Source: Octopus bimaculoides (lineage: Eukaryota). From it: a stretch of 34,874 bases of DNA. The position numbers were made by a program, and so were the translations under genes. Every line of letters starts with the position of its first letter. The stretch's first letter is position 1. Below, piece by piece: positions 1 to 11,005 of the stretch. Below the pieces are notes generated by a model. The model searched no databases. It saw nothing but the letters and a program-made list of their open reading frames with translations, and was not told the DNA's origin. The stretch is taken from the NCBI RefSeq assembly GCF_001194135.2, contig NC_068996.1, forward strand, positions 15,707,013-15,741,886, given 5' to 3'.

Positions 1-990
1 CCCTCGCTGCCAAAATGTGGGATCCAGCCATCACCTTCCTCGGGTCTATTTCAGGTGGCACTTCTGTCACCTTTACACGGGAAGTGCGCCTTCCCATGTA
101 TGTTGGCAGAAGTAACATTTCCTTTGTTTTCAAGGGATTCACTGAGTACCCGCAGGCCATTTCTTCTGTTTTAAATCGGACCTCTACGGTCACATATGTT
201 TTGCCCCTGGCGATATAAGTAATATCCTTCCACACAGGGGCAAGGCATTTTTCTATTTTTCCTTTTCGAAATGTTTAAAGCGTTTGCTTTCTATGCAATA
301 CGCTTTAAACAGCACTGTTTTTCTTTCCGTTTCGATGTTGGAGGCGGGTGTTATTTTAATATCTCCGTCCTCCTCCTTCATCCTCTTGAAGTATTCCTTC
401 CATTTTTCTTTAGAAATCTCAATCGACTCTGTCGCCACTACGGCGACAGCAGAAAAGTTCTTCGCGCCTTCAGTGCAAATTCCTTCCTCTTCCAACGTAC
501 CTCTTTCTCTAATAACTTCGACCGACATACTTCGACCGAAATTAATAGATACTTAAAAAATGGACTTCCTCTAACGAGGACAATGTTCAGAAAAAAAAAA
601 TGAGAAACAGTGGTTCAAACCCTTCCCCCACAGAGGAAGGGTGTAGAAATAAGCCTACAATGGCCAAACAACGTTCAGATAATATTTCACACAAAAATTG
701 CCCCCTCTTGGGGGCGTGGCAAAACAAAAACCTACGATGGCTTGAAAAAGTTTAAAATTTTTGTAAAAAATAAATGCCTTACCTTCCCGACGGGGAAGCG
801 TAACACAGTTCAACACGTAAATCTACCAGAAGACAAACGGCACAGGACAAACAAGGACGGCACAGGACAAACAAGGACAGTACAGGACAAACAAGGAGGC
901 ACAGTTAGGTAATCCAATATAAGACGAACACAACACGAAGACAACACACGTCTGACTAGTAGCACGGTAAACTAAGAAATGACTGAAACG
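1..990 (-). mobile_element. 5' end (5'UTR plus degenerate ORF1) of a non-LTR retrotransposon, probably Tx1/L1 clade; runs off the left edge
   Basis: Minus-strand translation across stops and frameshifts gives WKDITYIARGKTYVTVEVRFKTEEMA and LLLPTYMGRRTSRVKVTEVPPEIDPRKV, resembling RRM-type ORF1 of Tx1-like LINEs (KVxLSNVPPFI-type motif). It is preceded by a non-coding leader containing tandem repeats. Recognised by eye, no search run. Confidence 0.5.
839..904. repeat. 20-bp tandem repeat, 3 copies plus a partial (ggcacaggacaaacaaggac)
   Basis: Units at 839-858, 859-878 and 879-898 read directly. Confidence 0.95.
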
Positions 991-1006
991 GAAGTTGGTC
1001 GCTTAA

Positions 1007-1044
1007 GTAAGCAAGCTGCTTACCTCCCAGCCACTCCCGCGCCT
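1007..1044 (-). mobile_element. Isolated 5' head (about 38 nt) of the CORE-type SINE
   Basis: Reverse complement aggcgcgggagtggctgggaggtaagcagcttgcttac matches the start of the copies at 8374 and 22485. Confidence 0.8.
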
Positions 1045-1086
1045 ATTCATTGATATTTATTAATTATTGATATTACACTCTGCACT

Positions 1087-1427
1087 AGGCACAGGGAATA
1101 TTGCTTAGCGGCATTTCGTCCGTCTTCACGCTCTGAGTTCAAATTCGGTGGAGGTCGACTTTGCCTTTCATCCTTTAGGGTTGATAAAATAAGTACCAGT
1201 TGAATACCGACGGGATCGACGTAATCGACTTATCTCCTTACCCAAAATTGTTGGCCTGATACGGAAATTTAAAACTAATATTAACACTCTGTACGCGAGG
1301 TCGACTTTGTCTTTCATAAATTCTGAGGTCGATAAAATAATTACCAGTTAAGCACTTGGTTCGATGTAATCGACTTACTCCGTCCCTCAAAATTTGCTAG
1401 ACTTGTGTCAAAATTTGAAACTAATAT
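1087..1427 (+). mobile_element. Two tandem copies of SINE family 1 (tRNA-derived, tail B), the second 5'-truncated
   Basis: B-box gagttcaaattc and shared central motif gtcgactttgcctttcatcc...gataaaataagtaccag; tail ends aaatttgaaactaatat. Confidence 0.85.
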
Positions 1428-1980
1428 ACAAACCAGGAAACGAGGGCGTCAGTGAACTGATACGTCACCGAGAAGGGTTCATATTGATATTGTGAACTAT
1501 AAATATATTGGCTTCTAGAGACAATTTTTGGTCATGCTGATTTATAATATGTATATCATTTATTACATATTTTAAAAATTTGTTTACGGGAAACGGCTCG
1601 AATATGCAAGTAAAGCCTCTTTTCCATTATACCGGCCACAATCTAATGATGCTCACTGGTGAACCAGTTAGTAGTAATAACAATAATCCTTGGATGGAAT
1701 TTATAAACATCTAAGGCATTGCTACACGCGTTTCTACCAATTGCTTGTCTCTTAAGATCATAGTCCATATTCCTGGGGAGATTACAGTGTAGTCTGTAGT
1801 ATCCGTGAGCATCGGATAGATCATCTTCATGGAATCATTTCTTCGGGTAATATAACATTAATGGATGTTTAACAGAGGGTTGTTAAGAGACACGAGATTT
1901 GTGGAAACGCGCGAATCGATGCATTAAATATTTATGAATTCCATCAAAGGATTATTTTTGTTCTTATTAATAATATTTAT

Positions 1981-2306
<326 letters not shown>

Positions 2307-3403
2307 GTGTGTATATATGGGATGAAATGCCGCAATGTTTTTATTGACTCTCTGCAGTCTGAGTTCGAATCTTGCTAAAATTTAGCGATTCCTTTTATCC
2401 TTTCGATGTTGATATAATAAAGAACCGGCCTGTACTAGTGGACTGGCGGATAGTTCGAGCAAACACCGAAAGAAGAGATGACTTGCTGTATTTGTTCTGG
2501 CTATTTGCATTTTGAAATAAAATCCTGCCAGATTCTGCTACATGGGTAGGAGTGTTAACCCGTCATCTGATTTTATTAAAAAAAAAAAACTAGCATCAGG
2601 TCGTCGGGTCTCTTTAGTAAGTTTCTCAGTTTTAAGCGAACGAATAGGTCAAATTTTTGGTTTGGTTTGGTTTGAGAACCATATTCATGCAACAACTACA
2701 AAAGACAAAAAATGGTCACTGATACTGTCTTTTCGTTTTTCCTTGACAAAAAAAAATGTAAAGAAAAATAAAAGGTATGCCTGAAAGTGGCGGAAATGAG
2801 TGAGACCAAAAGAAATAAATAAAAGAATTCGAGTGGAAGGAGGGAATATGGAAGAGAGTGATATGCTACCAGATTAAAGTAGGCGGCGTAAATGTAGTGA
2901 GCGAGGGAGAGGGAGATAGAGAGAGAGGGGGGAAGAAAACATGAGAGAGAGACAGAGAGAGCAACGAAAATAAGTAAAGGATGAAATGAATAAAAAAAGG
3001 GCGAAGAAAGACACAGAGCGCCAAAGAAATTCTAGAAGAAATCGGATTCCAGTGTAGAAGAGATGTGTTACAGTTATAGACAGTATGTAGCCTTTCGTTA
3101 CTTTATCTCAACATCTTAAGCGGGAGAGGCGGGTGAGTTGTAAACACGGCAAAACCCGTATATTCGATTAAAATCTGTAGCTTCCGAAGAATCCCTCGTG
3201 GGACTGATTTTTCAGAGAGACAAAATCTACACACGGAACCTGTATTTATTTATCTAAAACGCTAAATTTTCAAAAACATTTGTATTATTATCATTGGTTT
3301 TGTGTCTATTCCTAACTAAATCTCAAATGGTTCGTTCAAGCTATATAGAATAGTTACTGTAAAATTCTGAACTGGAAAAATTTTGATGTACCATTCATAT
3401 ATA

Positions 3404-4687
3404 CGAGGGGGGTGGGCTGAAAAGTTCATAGGATGACTATGAAGGAGTGATGCTAAAGCTGTGAAATCCTGCACGCATTCATTTCAACTCTCCTTATTAA
3501 TAACCGTAGTGTTCCTTTCCAGGTAAACTGATATCTGACTGTTCAAAAGTAACTAGTAGCGACTTCTCTTGATAATCGACAAAATTTGGCACCATGGTTT
3601 TATCAAGTGCCTGTCGAAAAAGACCCCCAAGGACGTTCATGCTGATATGGTTGCTACATTAGGGGAATTCGCCCCAGCTTTATCAACAGTGCAAAAGTGG
3701 GCAGCTGACCTTAGGAAGGGAAGGGAGAATCTTGAAGATGACCTAAGGTCTGGATGTCCTGCAGTTGCCACACCAGAGGAAAACATTGAGCTCGTTCACC
3801 ACACGCTGATGAATGACACGTGATTGACTATAAATCGTATGGCCAATCCTATTAGCATTTCTCGTGAGAGAGTTGGGAATATTCTGCGCAATGAACTTAG
3901 CAGGACAAAGGCTTCTGTTTGATGAGTACCACGTCTTCTGACACCTGATCAAAAGTGCACCAGGCTGATCGCATCACAGGAAAATCCGACATTATTTCAG
4001 GTAGAACCCGTTGGTTTCTTTGAATGTTTCCTAAGCCAAAATGAGTGTTGGGTTCTTCATTTTGAGCCAGAGAGAAAGAGACTATCCAAGCAGTGGAAAC
4101 ATTAATCCTCACTTACTCCGAAGAACGCCAAGGTCGTTTCATCTGCAGGGAAGGTGATGGCCTCCATTTTGGAGGGATGTAAAAGACACTGTGCTTATTG
4201 ACTATCTTCAAAAGGACCACACCGTCAGTGGACAGTACTATGCCAACTTGCTAAGGTAGTTACGAAAGGTTGTCAAGACCAAAAGTCCAGAAAAAACTGA
4301 CAAAATGGGTCTTGTTTTGTCAGGACAATACTCCAACACACAAATCCTTGCTTTCATTGGCTGCTGTGCGTGACTATGGCTTTGAACTGGTTGATCACCT
4401 TCCCTGTTCTACTGATTTGGCCCCCTCATATTATCATTTGTTCCCCAACATGAAAAAATACATGGATGAGAACCAGTATCGCAGTGATGATGACGTCATA
4501 TCTGTTGTTGCTAACCTTTTTGGTCAACAGAATAAAAGCTTCTTCAACAATGGGATTTAAGCGCCGTAACACCGATTGAAGAAATGCGTGGACACAAGGA
4601 GTAGGGCTGTGCTGAAAAATAAACCCCATATGGTTATATTCTATGAGAGTATGTTAGTCAGTCTCTGAAGTTTTCAGCCGAACCTCG
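3404..4687 (+). mobile_element. Full-length mariner DNA transposon (1284 bp), non-functional, irritans-like
   Basis: Imperfect TIRs cgaggggggtgggctgaaaagttcataggatgac and reverse-complement cgaggttcggctgaaaacttcagagactgac; TA duplication at 3402-3403 and 4688-4689. Confidence 0.95.
3569..4625 (+). pseudogene. Mariner transposase pseudogene (HTH plus DDD domain)
   Basis: LSTVQKWAA, RSGCP, VPRLLT, NECWVLHFEPE (first catalytic D read as N), QDNTPTH, STDLAPSYYHLFP (third D read as Y); several stops and frameshifts. Confidence 0.93.
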
Positions 4688-4699
4688 TAATAATAACAG

Positions 4700-5560
4700 T
4701 AATGTAAGATCTTCCAAACAAAATTATACGGAGAGAATATCATTGAAGATATATATACATGGGTTATGCAAGTACTGAGATACTCAGCTTTCTTTCTGAA
4801 ATGGGAAAAGGTCGAGCTACAGAACTTGAACTGAAGAACTAGAAAACTGCTCACAATGCCCAACGCATTCCACCCTTAAAGCAATATCGATCGATTCTTA
4901 TTTCTTTATTGCCCACAAGGGGCTAGACATAGACGGGACAAGCAAGGACAAAGGGACTAAGTCGATTACAGTGACCCCAGTGCGTAATTGGTACTTGATT
5001 TATCGACCCCGAAAGGATGAAAGGCAAAGTCGACATCGGCGGAATTTGAACTCAAGGTCGACTTTGCCTTTCATCGATCGATTCTACCTACCTAGACAGG
5101 AAATAAACAAAGGATTACTAAACGCAAAAGACACGGTTAATACTGCGATACTGGGTCTGAAAAATTATGTTGTGCAGAGTAAAAAAAAAAAGGAGAGTAG
5201 AATTGGAAACCAAAGATACTCAAAAAATGGTCGAAGCAATAGGAGAACTGATAGAGAAAAAGAACATCAACAGAGCAAACAGATGGAAAGAGATGGAACT
5301 ACATGCCGAGAATGTCGGAAGTAAAGATCGCTCGCTCTGATCACGGACGAGTTGATGTGAAACCCCAATTATTACAGCTCAGAAAAAAGGCTTTTAGAAC
5401 AAATCTGATAAAAGCAATGATCGACAAAACTCAGTCACACATAAAATGCAGGAAAGGAGACGAAAATATCATTGACCTTTCCAGTGAGTGCAGTATCCTA
5501 GCGCAAAAGGAGTATAAGTAAAGACATGATTGTATAGGCATTGAGCTGTGGGATGTTCGT
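4700..5560 (+). mobile_element. R4/Dong-clade (RLE-type) LINE ORF fragment, post-RT region to zinc knuckle and RHD, interrupted by a SINE
   Basis: Joining across the SINE reads ...LRYSAFFLKW...TRKLLTM.NAFHP.SNI|DRFYLPR...AILGLKNYV; further on AFRTNLIKAMIDKTQ...SECSILAQKEYK*RHD. These motifs are typical of R4/Dong elements. Confidence 0.85.
4899..5072 (-). mobile_element. SINE family 1 (tail A), 5'-truncated with a short inversion, flanked by a 13-bp TSD
   Basis: TSD atcgatcgattct at 4886-4898 and 5073-5085; inverted 19-mer at 5016-5034 and 5057-5075. Confidence 0.9.
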
Positions 5561-5624
5561 CTAGTGTGTACCTTCAAAATAACAGAAAAAATTAGCGTAT
5601 TGTAATATAATAATTGTAAATAAG

Positions 5625-5840
5625 ATCCTTTCTGCTATAGGCATAAGGCCTGAAATTTAGGGTGAAAGAACTTGTCGATTACATCGACTCTAGTACTCAA
5701 CTGGTACTTATCGCATCGATCCCGAAAGGATGAGCGGCAAAGTTGACGTCTGGGGAATTTGAGCTTAGACCATGAAAACAGACGAAATACCGCTAAACAT
5801 TTTCTCTGGTGCGCTGCCTATACTGCCAGCTCGCCACCTT
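5625..5840 (-). mobile_element. SINE family 1 full-length copy (tail C), followed by an (AAC/AAT)n tract at 5841-5925
   Basis: Reverse-complemented head gccagctcgccacctt, central motif and tail ggcataaggcctgaaattt. Confidence 0.85.
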
Positions 5841-5861
5841 AACAACAACAACAACAACAAC

Positions 5862-5893
<32 letters not shown>

Positions 5894-6104
5894 CAACAAC
5901 CACAATAATAATAATAATAATAATGAACAGAAGGATAGAGGAAACCCAGTTCAGTACAGCTTCAGAAAATAGTGTTATTAAAAACAGTGTTATTAGGGAC
6001 AGCTAGGATATTTAGGAGGGTTCTTAGCATCTAAGGTTACTTGTTATAGCCCGATGTTAGGATTCTTTTCTTTTCCAACAGTCTAATCTGTTGAGTGTAT
6101 ATGA

Positions 6105-6178
6105 ACAATAATAATAATAATGATAATAATAATAATGATGAGGATGATGATGATGTTGATGATGATGATGATGATGAT
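6105..6178. repeat. Compound (AAT)n/(GAT)n microsatellite
   Basis: Read directly. Confidence 0.95.
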
Positions 6179-6560
6179 TTCTTCTATTTGCCACCTGGGC
6201 GATAGATGAGGGAAAAACAGACAATAAAGAAGAGAGCTTATATAGAGAAAGTATACACGGTATACAATAAAACAAAGAACAGAAGTATACATAGTACAAG
6301 ACAGCAAATAAAGAAAAAATGATTGATCTGGTTCTCCTGTAGCAGAAGACTTCAAGGGACAATCGATGGTTCCCGCCATCCAAGATCTCTCTCAATAGCA
6401 ATGACAAATGTCCTCTCGTTTTTTGTTCTCCGGTCTCACCCGTTCTATACATCGATCGGTACAATCCACCCTTGCTATCTTTATCACTTTTACACACCTT
6501 TCGATAAATTTAGTCGAGGACAGCATCCCCTCCACCTTCACTTTTCCTCTCAGTTGAAAT
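6177..6560 (-). mobile_element. Probable 3' end (ORF2 C-terminus plus 3'UTR) of a Tx1/L1-like LINE
   Basis: Minus frame FQLRGKVKVEGMLSSTKFIERCVKVIKIARV resembles LINE ORF2 C-termini; followed by a T-rich UTR ending ...ttgtctg...gcccaggtggcaaatagaagaaat and then (ATC)n. Classification is inference. Confidence 0.45.
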
Positions 6561-6574
6561 TTGAGAAAGTTCCT

Positions 6575-6718
6575 GAGTGCTCAGCTGGTACTTATTTTAT
6601 CGATTCCGAAAGGATGAAAGGCAAAGTCGACCACGGCGGAATTTAAACTCAGAACGTAGCGGTGGGCGAAATACTGTTAAGCATTTTGCTGGGTATACTG
6701 ATGATTCCGCCAGCTTGC
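6575..6718 (-). mobile_element. SINE family 1 copy lacking a clear tail
   Basis: ctggtacttattttatcgattccgaaaggatgaaaggcaaagtcgac...gattccgccagct. Confidence 0.85.
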
Positions 6719-7379
6719 TGACATGAAGACCTAGTAATATCAACAAAAGGAGAAACAGGTCAATTAATGCGTGGAGACCCACTAGGGTGGGACCTTAAAA
6801 CTCTTGACTTCATCTGATCCTTGTATGCTTGGTTCTAACAAACATTTAATATTTCTTTCGAGCAGATAGCCGTAGATTTAAGACATAAAACAAAACAAAA
6901 TATGCTAGTATGAAAGAAAAAGAGAAAGAGATGAAATGCTAGAAATGATTCGGAGAGTAAGAGAACGAAAATGAAGAAAGAAGACAAAAGGAGAAGGAGA
7001 GTGGGGGAGGGATGGGTGAATGAGTGAGACCAAAGGAAAGAAATTAAAGGGTCTGAATCGAAGAGCGGTGCAGTTACACAAGCTCAATGGAGTTAGTATG
7101 GGGTGTATAGGTGGAGAATGAGAGAAAGAGTTAGAGAGAAAGAGAGAAAGAGTAGGGGAGAAAGCGAGAGAGAGAGAGAATGGTAGATATAAATTTAAAT
7201 GAAGAGTGAAATAGTGTTGAAGAATTTTAGAGGTAGACGAATAATGAGAAAGGGGGAGAGAGAGAGAGAGCGAATGAGAGAAGAGAACGAGAGAGAAGAA
7301 TAAGAGAGAATAAGGAGAAAACAAAAGTTAAAATGAAAAGAAAAGTGTGGCGGAGCGTTAAGGAAATTTAGTGAGAGAA

Positions 7380-7819
7380 AGAGAGAGGGAGAGAGAGAGA
7401 GAGAGAAGAGTATGTGGAATTTACAGTGTTGCCAAGTTGTCAAAATATATTATATAGTAGTTTGTACACACGGTTTACTTCTACATACTTCCAAATATAC
7501 AAATTGTTTTATTTGCTTGGGTGATTATATTTCTAACTTCTCAGCCTACTGGATACCCCGCGCCTCCANNNNNNNNNNATTAGAGAGAGAGGGAGAGAGA
7601 GGGAGGGAGAGAAGAAAGTGCAAAGATTAGAGAGAGAGGGAGAGAGAGAGAGAGAGAAGAGTATGTGGAATTTACAGTGTTGCCAAGTTGTCAAAATATA
7701 TTATATAGTAGTTTGTACACACGGTTTACTTCTACATACTTCCAAATATACAAATTGTTTTATTTGCTTGGGTGATTATATTTCTAACTTCTCAGCCTAC
7801 TGGATACCCCGCGCCTCCA
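7380..7819. repeat. About 190-bp exact direct duplication (7380-7568 and 7631-7819) straddling a 10-N gap
   Basis: Identical sequence at offset 251; gap at 7569-7578. Probably an assembly artefact. Confidence 0.85.
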
Positions 7820-8373
7820 CCCTGTTTCCACCCCCACCCTCTTTCTCCACTTGCAATTTTTCCCTTCCCATTCACTCACTCATCACCACCACCACTACTG
7901 CCCCGCCACCGCCACCACGTTTCTTTATCGACTATATTCTCTAATGTACAACGCATCTTATCCCATTAGTGCCAAAATATCCTAAGGATCATAAATAAAA
8001 CTCTTTTATTATTTTTTTTTTTTCATTAAACGGAGTACTCTTATATTCCGTGTTTAACTTCTCTTTCCACGTTCAATTTTCATTAATTAACTTCATAAAT
8101 TAGTTTTCAGAAATCGTTACACCGTGAAATTCATGCCATACCTTTTAAATCATATCTGTTGTATATTAAAGATTTATTCAGATGTTATTGCTTAAATAAA
8201 TAAATATTTAACAGGCTTTAACCGCTGGAAGCCGTTTGGGACAGTTTTCAGTTTGTGTACGGTTTTTTCTCTCTCTCATACATTTCTCCTCTTTATGACT
8301 CGGTGTTATACGAAGTCGGACGAAATACTTTAAGGGGTATAGCCTAATTTTTTTTCTTTTACGTTCAGATCGT

Positions 8374-8760
8374 AGGCGCAGGAGTGGCTGTGTGGTAAGT
8401 GGCTTGCTTAGCAACCACATGGTTCCGAGTTCATTCCCATTACGTGGCACCTTGGGCAAGTGTCTTCTACTATAGCCTCGGGCCGACCAAAGCCTTGTGA
8501 GTGGATTTGGTAGGCAGAAACTGAAAGAAGCCCGTCGTGTATATGTATATATATATGTATGTGTGTCTGTGTTTGTCCCCCCAACATCGCTTGACAACCG
8601 ATGCTGGTGTGTTTATGTCCCCGTAACTAAGCGGTTCGGCAAAAGAGACCGATAGAATAAGTACTAAGCTTCTAAAGAATAAGTCCTGGGGTCGATTTGC
8701 TCAACTAAAGGTAGTGCTCCAGCATGGCCACAGTCAAAAGACTGAAACAAGTAAAAGAGT
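8374..8760 (+). mobile_element. SINE family 2: CORE-type tRNA-derived SINE (OR2-like), full length
   Basis: tRNA-like head, CORE-like caccttgggcaagtgtcttc, internal TA/TG tract and tail ending aagtaaaagagt. A matching copy lies on the minus strand at 22068-22485. The OR2 name comes from memory of described octopus CORE-SINEs and was not verified. Confidence 0.85.
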
Positions 8761-8920
8761 ATGTGTGTGTGTATATGTTTGTGTCTGTGTTTGTCCCCCA
8801 CCATCGCTTGACAACTGATGCTGGTGTGTTTATGTCCCCATAATCTAGCGGTTCGGCAAAAGAGAACCGATAGAATAAGTACTAGGCTTCCAAAGAATAA
8901 ACAAGTAAAAGAGTAAAAGA
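8761..8920 (+). mobile_element. Second, partial family-2 copy in tandem, with an internal deletion
   Basis: Repeats gtttgtcccc...gaataagtact...aaagaataa, then jumps directly to acaagtaaaagagtaaaagag. Confidence 0.85.
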
Positions 8921-9334
8921 GAGAGAGTATCCTATTTTTGTTGAATTCGAACGCCGATGGAGACTCTACGAGATCGCGCGATTTGCTAGAAGTAGCAACT
9001 AATTATGCCTTGTAGTCTTCAAAATAAACGGAACAATTTAGTTTTGATATAACAAATCGACAGGGTGATCGTGCCTAGAACGACTTTTAGCGTTGCTCCA
9101 TCATCATTCTATGTATTTTCAAGCGAAGTAGATCGAAGACTATATTAAGCAATGTGTGCTTTTCCTTATTTTTTGATGTTTTGGTTGCTCTTTGTTGCAG
9201 AATGAACGACCATGCAAAGTCCTCCATCATTCGCTCGTATACCTTTGAAATATACGAGTAAAATATTGCTTCAAACTGTTTCAGATGTTGGCACAAGGGC
9301 AGCAGTTATGGGAAGGATAGTTGGGGTAGCCGAT

Positions 9335-10711
9335 TATATCGACCCTATTACGAGACCAGCACTTTATTTTATCAAAACGAAAAGACGACAAGCAAAGTTG
9401 ACCACGACAGAATTTGAACTCAGAACGTAAAAAGTCGGAAGAAATACGACTAAGCATTTTATTCGACATGCTAACGATTCTTATTTCTTTATTGCCCACA
9501 AGGGGCTAAACATAGAGGGGACAAACAAGGACAGACAAAGGGATTAAGTCGATTACATCGACCACAGTGCGTGACTGGTACTTAATTTATCGACCCCGAA
9601 AGGATGAAAGGCAAAGTCGACCTCGGCGGAATTTCAACTTAGAACGTGGCAGCAGACGAAATACCGCTAAGTATTTCGCCCGGCGTGCTAACAATTCTGC
9701 CAGCTCACCGCTTTATTATACTCGTATAGTACTGGTTCAAATTTTGGCATAAGGCCAGCAATTTCGTTGAGAAGGGCTCAGACGATTACATCGACTCCTG
9801 CAATCAACTGACACTTATTTTATCGACCCCGAAAGGATGAAAGCAAAGTAGACTTCGCCAGAATTTGAACTTAGAGCTGAAAGACAGACGAAATGACGGT
9901 AAACATTTTGCTCGGGAAGCTAACATTTCGGCCAGCTCACCCTTTTATCTCCATATTATATTGGTTTTAAGTTTTGGTGTAAGACCAGAAATTTCTGGTG
10001 AGTGGGTAAGTCGATTCGCCGGTTCCCAGAACTCAACTGGTACTGCTTTATCAACCGCGAAAGCATGAAAGGCCAAGTTGACATCGGTGGTTTTTTTTTT
10101 TACTGAGAACTTAATATTATTCCTGTATAATATTCTTTTCTACTCTAGGCATAAAGCCCGAAATTTGGAGGGAGGGGGCAATCGATTAGATCAACCCCAG
10201 TACGCAACTGGTACTTAAATTATCGACCCTGAAAGGATGAAAAGCAAAGTTAACTTCGGCGGAATTTGAACTCAGAACGTAACGGCAAACGAAATACCGC
10301 TAAGCATTTCGCCCGGCGTGCTAACGATTCTTATTTCTTTACTGCCCACAAGGGGCTAAACATAGAGGGAATAAACAAGGACAGACAAAGGGATTAAGTC
10401 GATTACATCGACCCCCAGTGCGTAAGTAGTACTTAATTTATCGACCCCGGAAGAATGAAAGCAAAGTGGGTGATAAGAGACAGGTGAGTAGATATATTGA
10501 TTTCAAATTTTGGCACAAGGCCAGCAATTTTGTGGAAGTGGAAGATCGATTACGTCAACCCTCAATACTCAACTGTTACTTATTTTATCGACCCCGAAAG
10601 GAGGAAAGGCAAAGGCAACGTCGGCGGAATTTGAACTCAGAACTTGAAGACGGACGAAACGCCGCTAAGTATTTTGTTCGGCGTGCTAACGATTCTGCCA
10701 GCTCGCCACCT
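9335..10711 (-). mobile_element. Cluster of about 7 co-oriented SINE family 1 copies or fragments with tails A, B and C
   Basis: The motif ttatcgaccccgaaaggatgaaaggcaaagtcgac and variants recur near 9365, 9585, 9820, 10050, 10220, 10440 and 10585. Confidence 0.9.
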
Positions 10712-10804
10712 TAAGGTAAGTGAATACATTGGAGCAGCATGAGTGTGTGTTTATGTGTCTGTGTATATGTGAAAGAGAGTGTGAGTGTGTGTGTTTGACA
10801 AAAA

Positions 10805-10915
10805 GTGTGTGTTTGAGAGAGAGAGAGAGAGAGAGTACATTTGTGTTAGTGCGATGAAGAATGTGCGTGTGTGTGTATGAGAGAGAGATAGAGAGAGAGA
10901 GAGAGAGACAGAGAC

Positions 10916-10946
<31 letters not shown>

Positions 10947-11005
10947 CAGAGAGACAGAGAGAGACAGAGACAGAGAGATACAGAGAGAGAGAGAGACAGA
11001 GAGGA
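10805..11005. repeat. (GT)n/(AG)n/(AGAGAC)n compound microsatellite
   Basis: Read directly. Confidence 0.95.
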
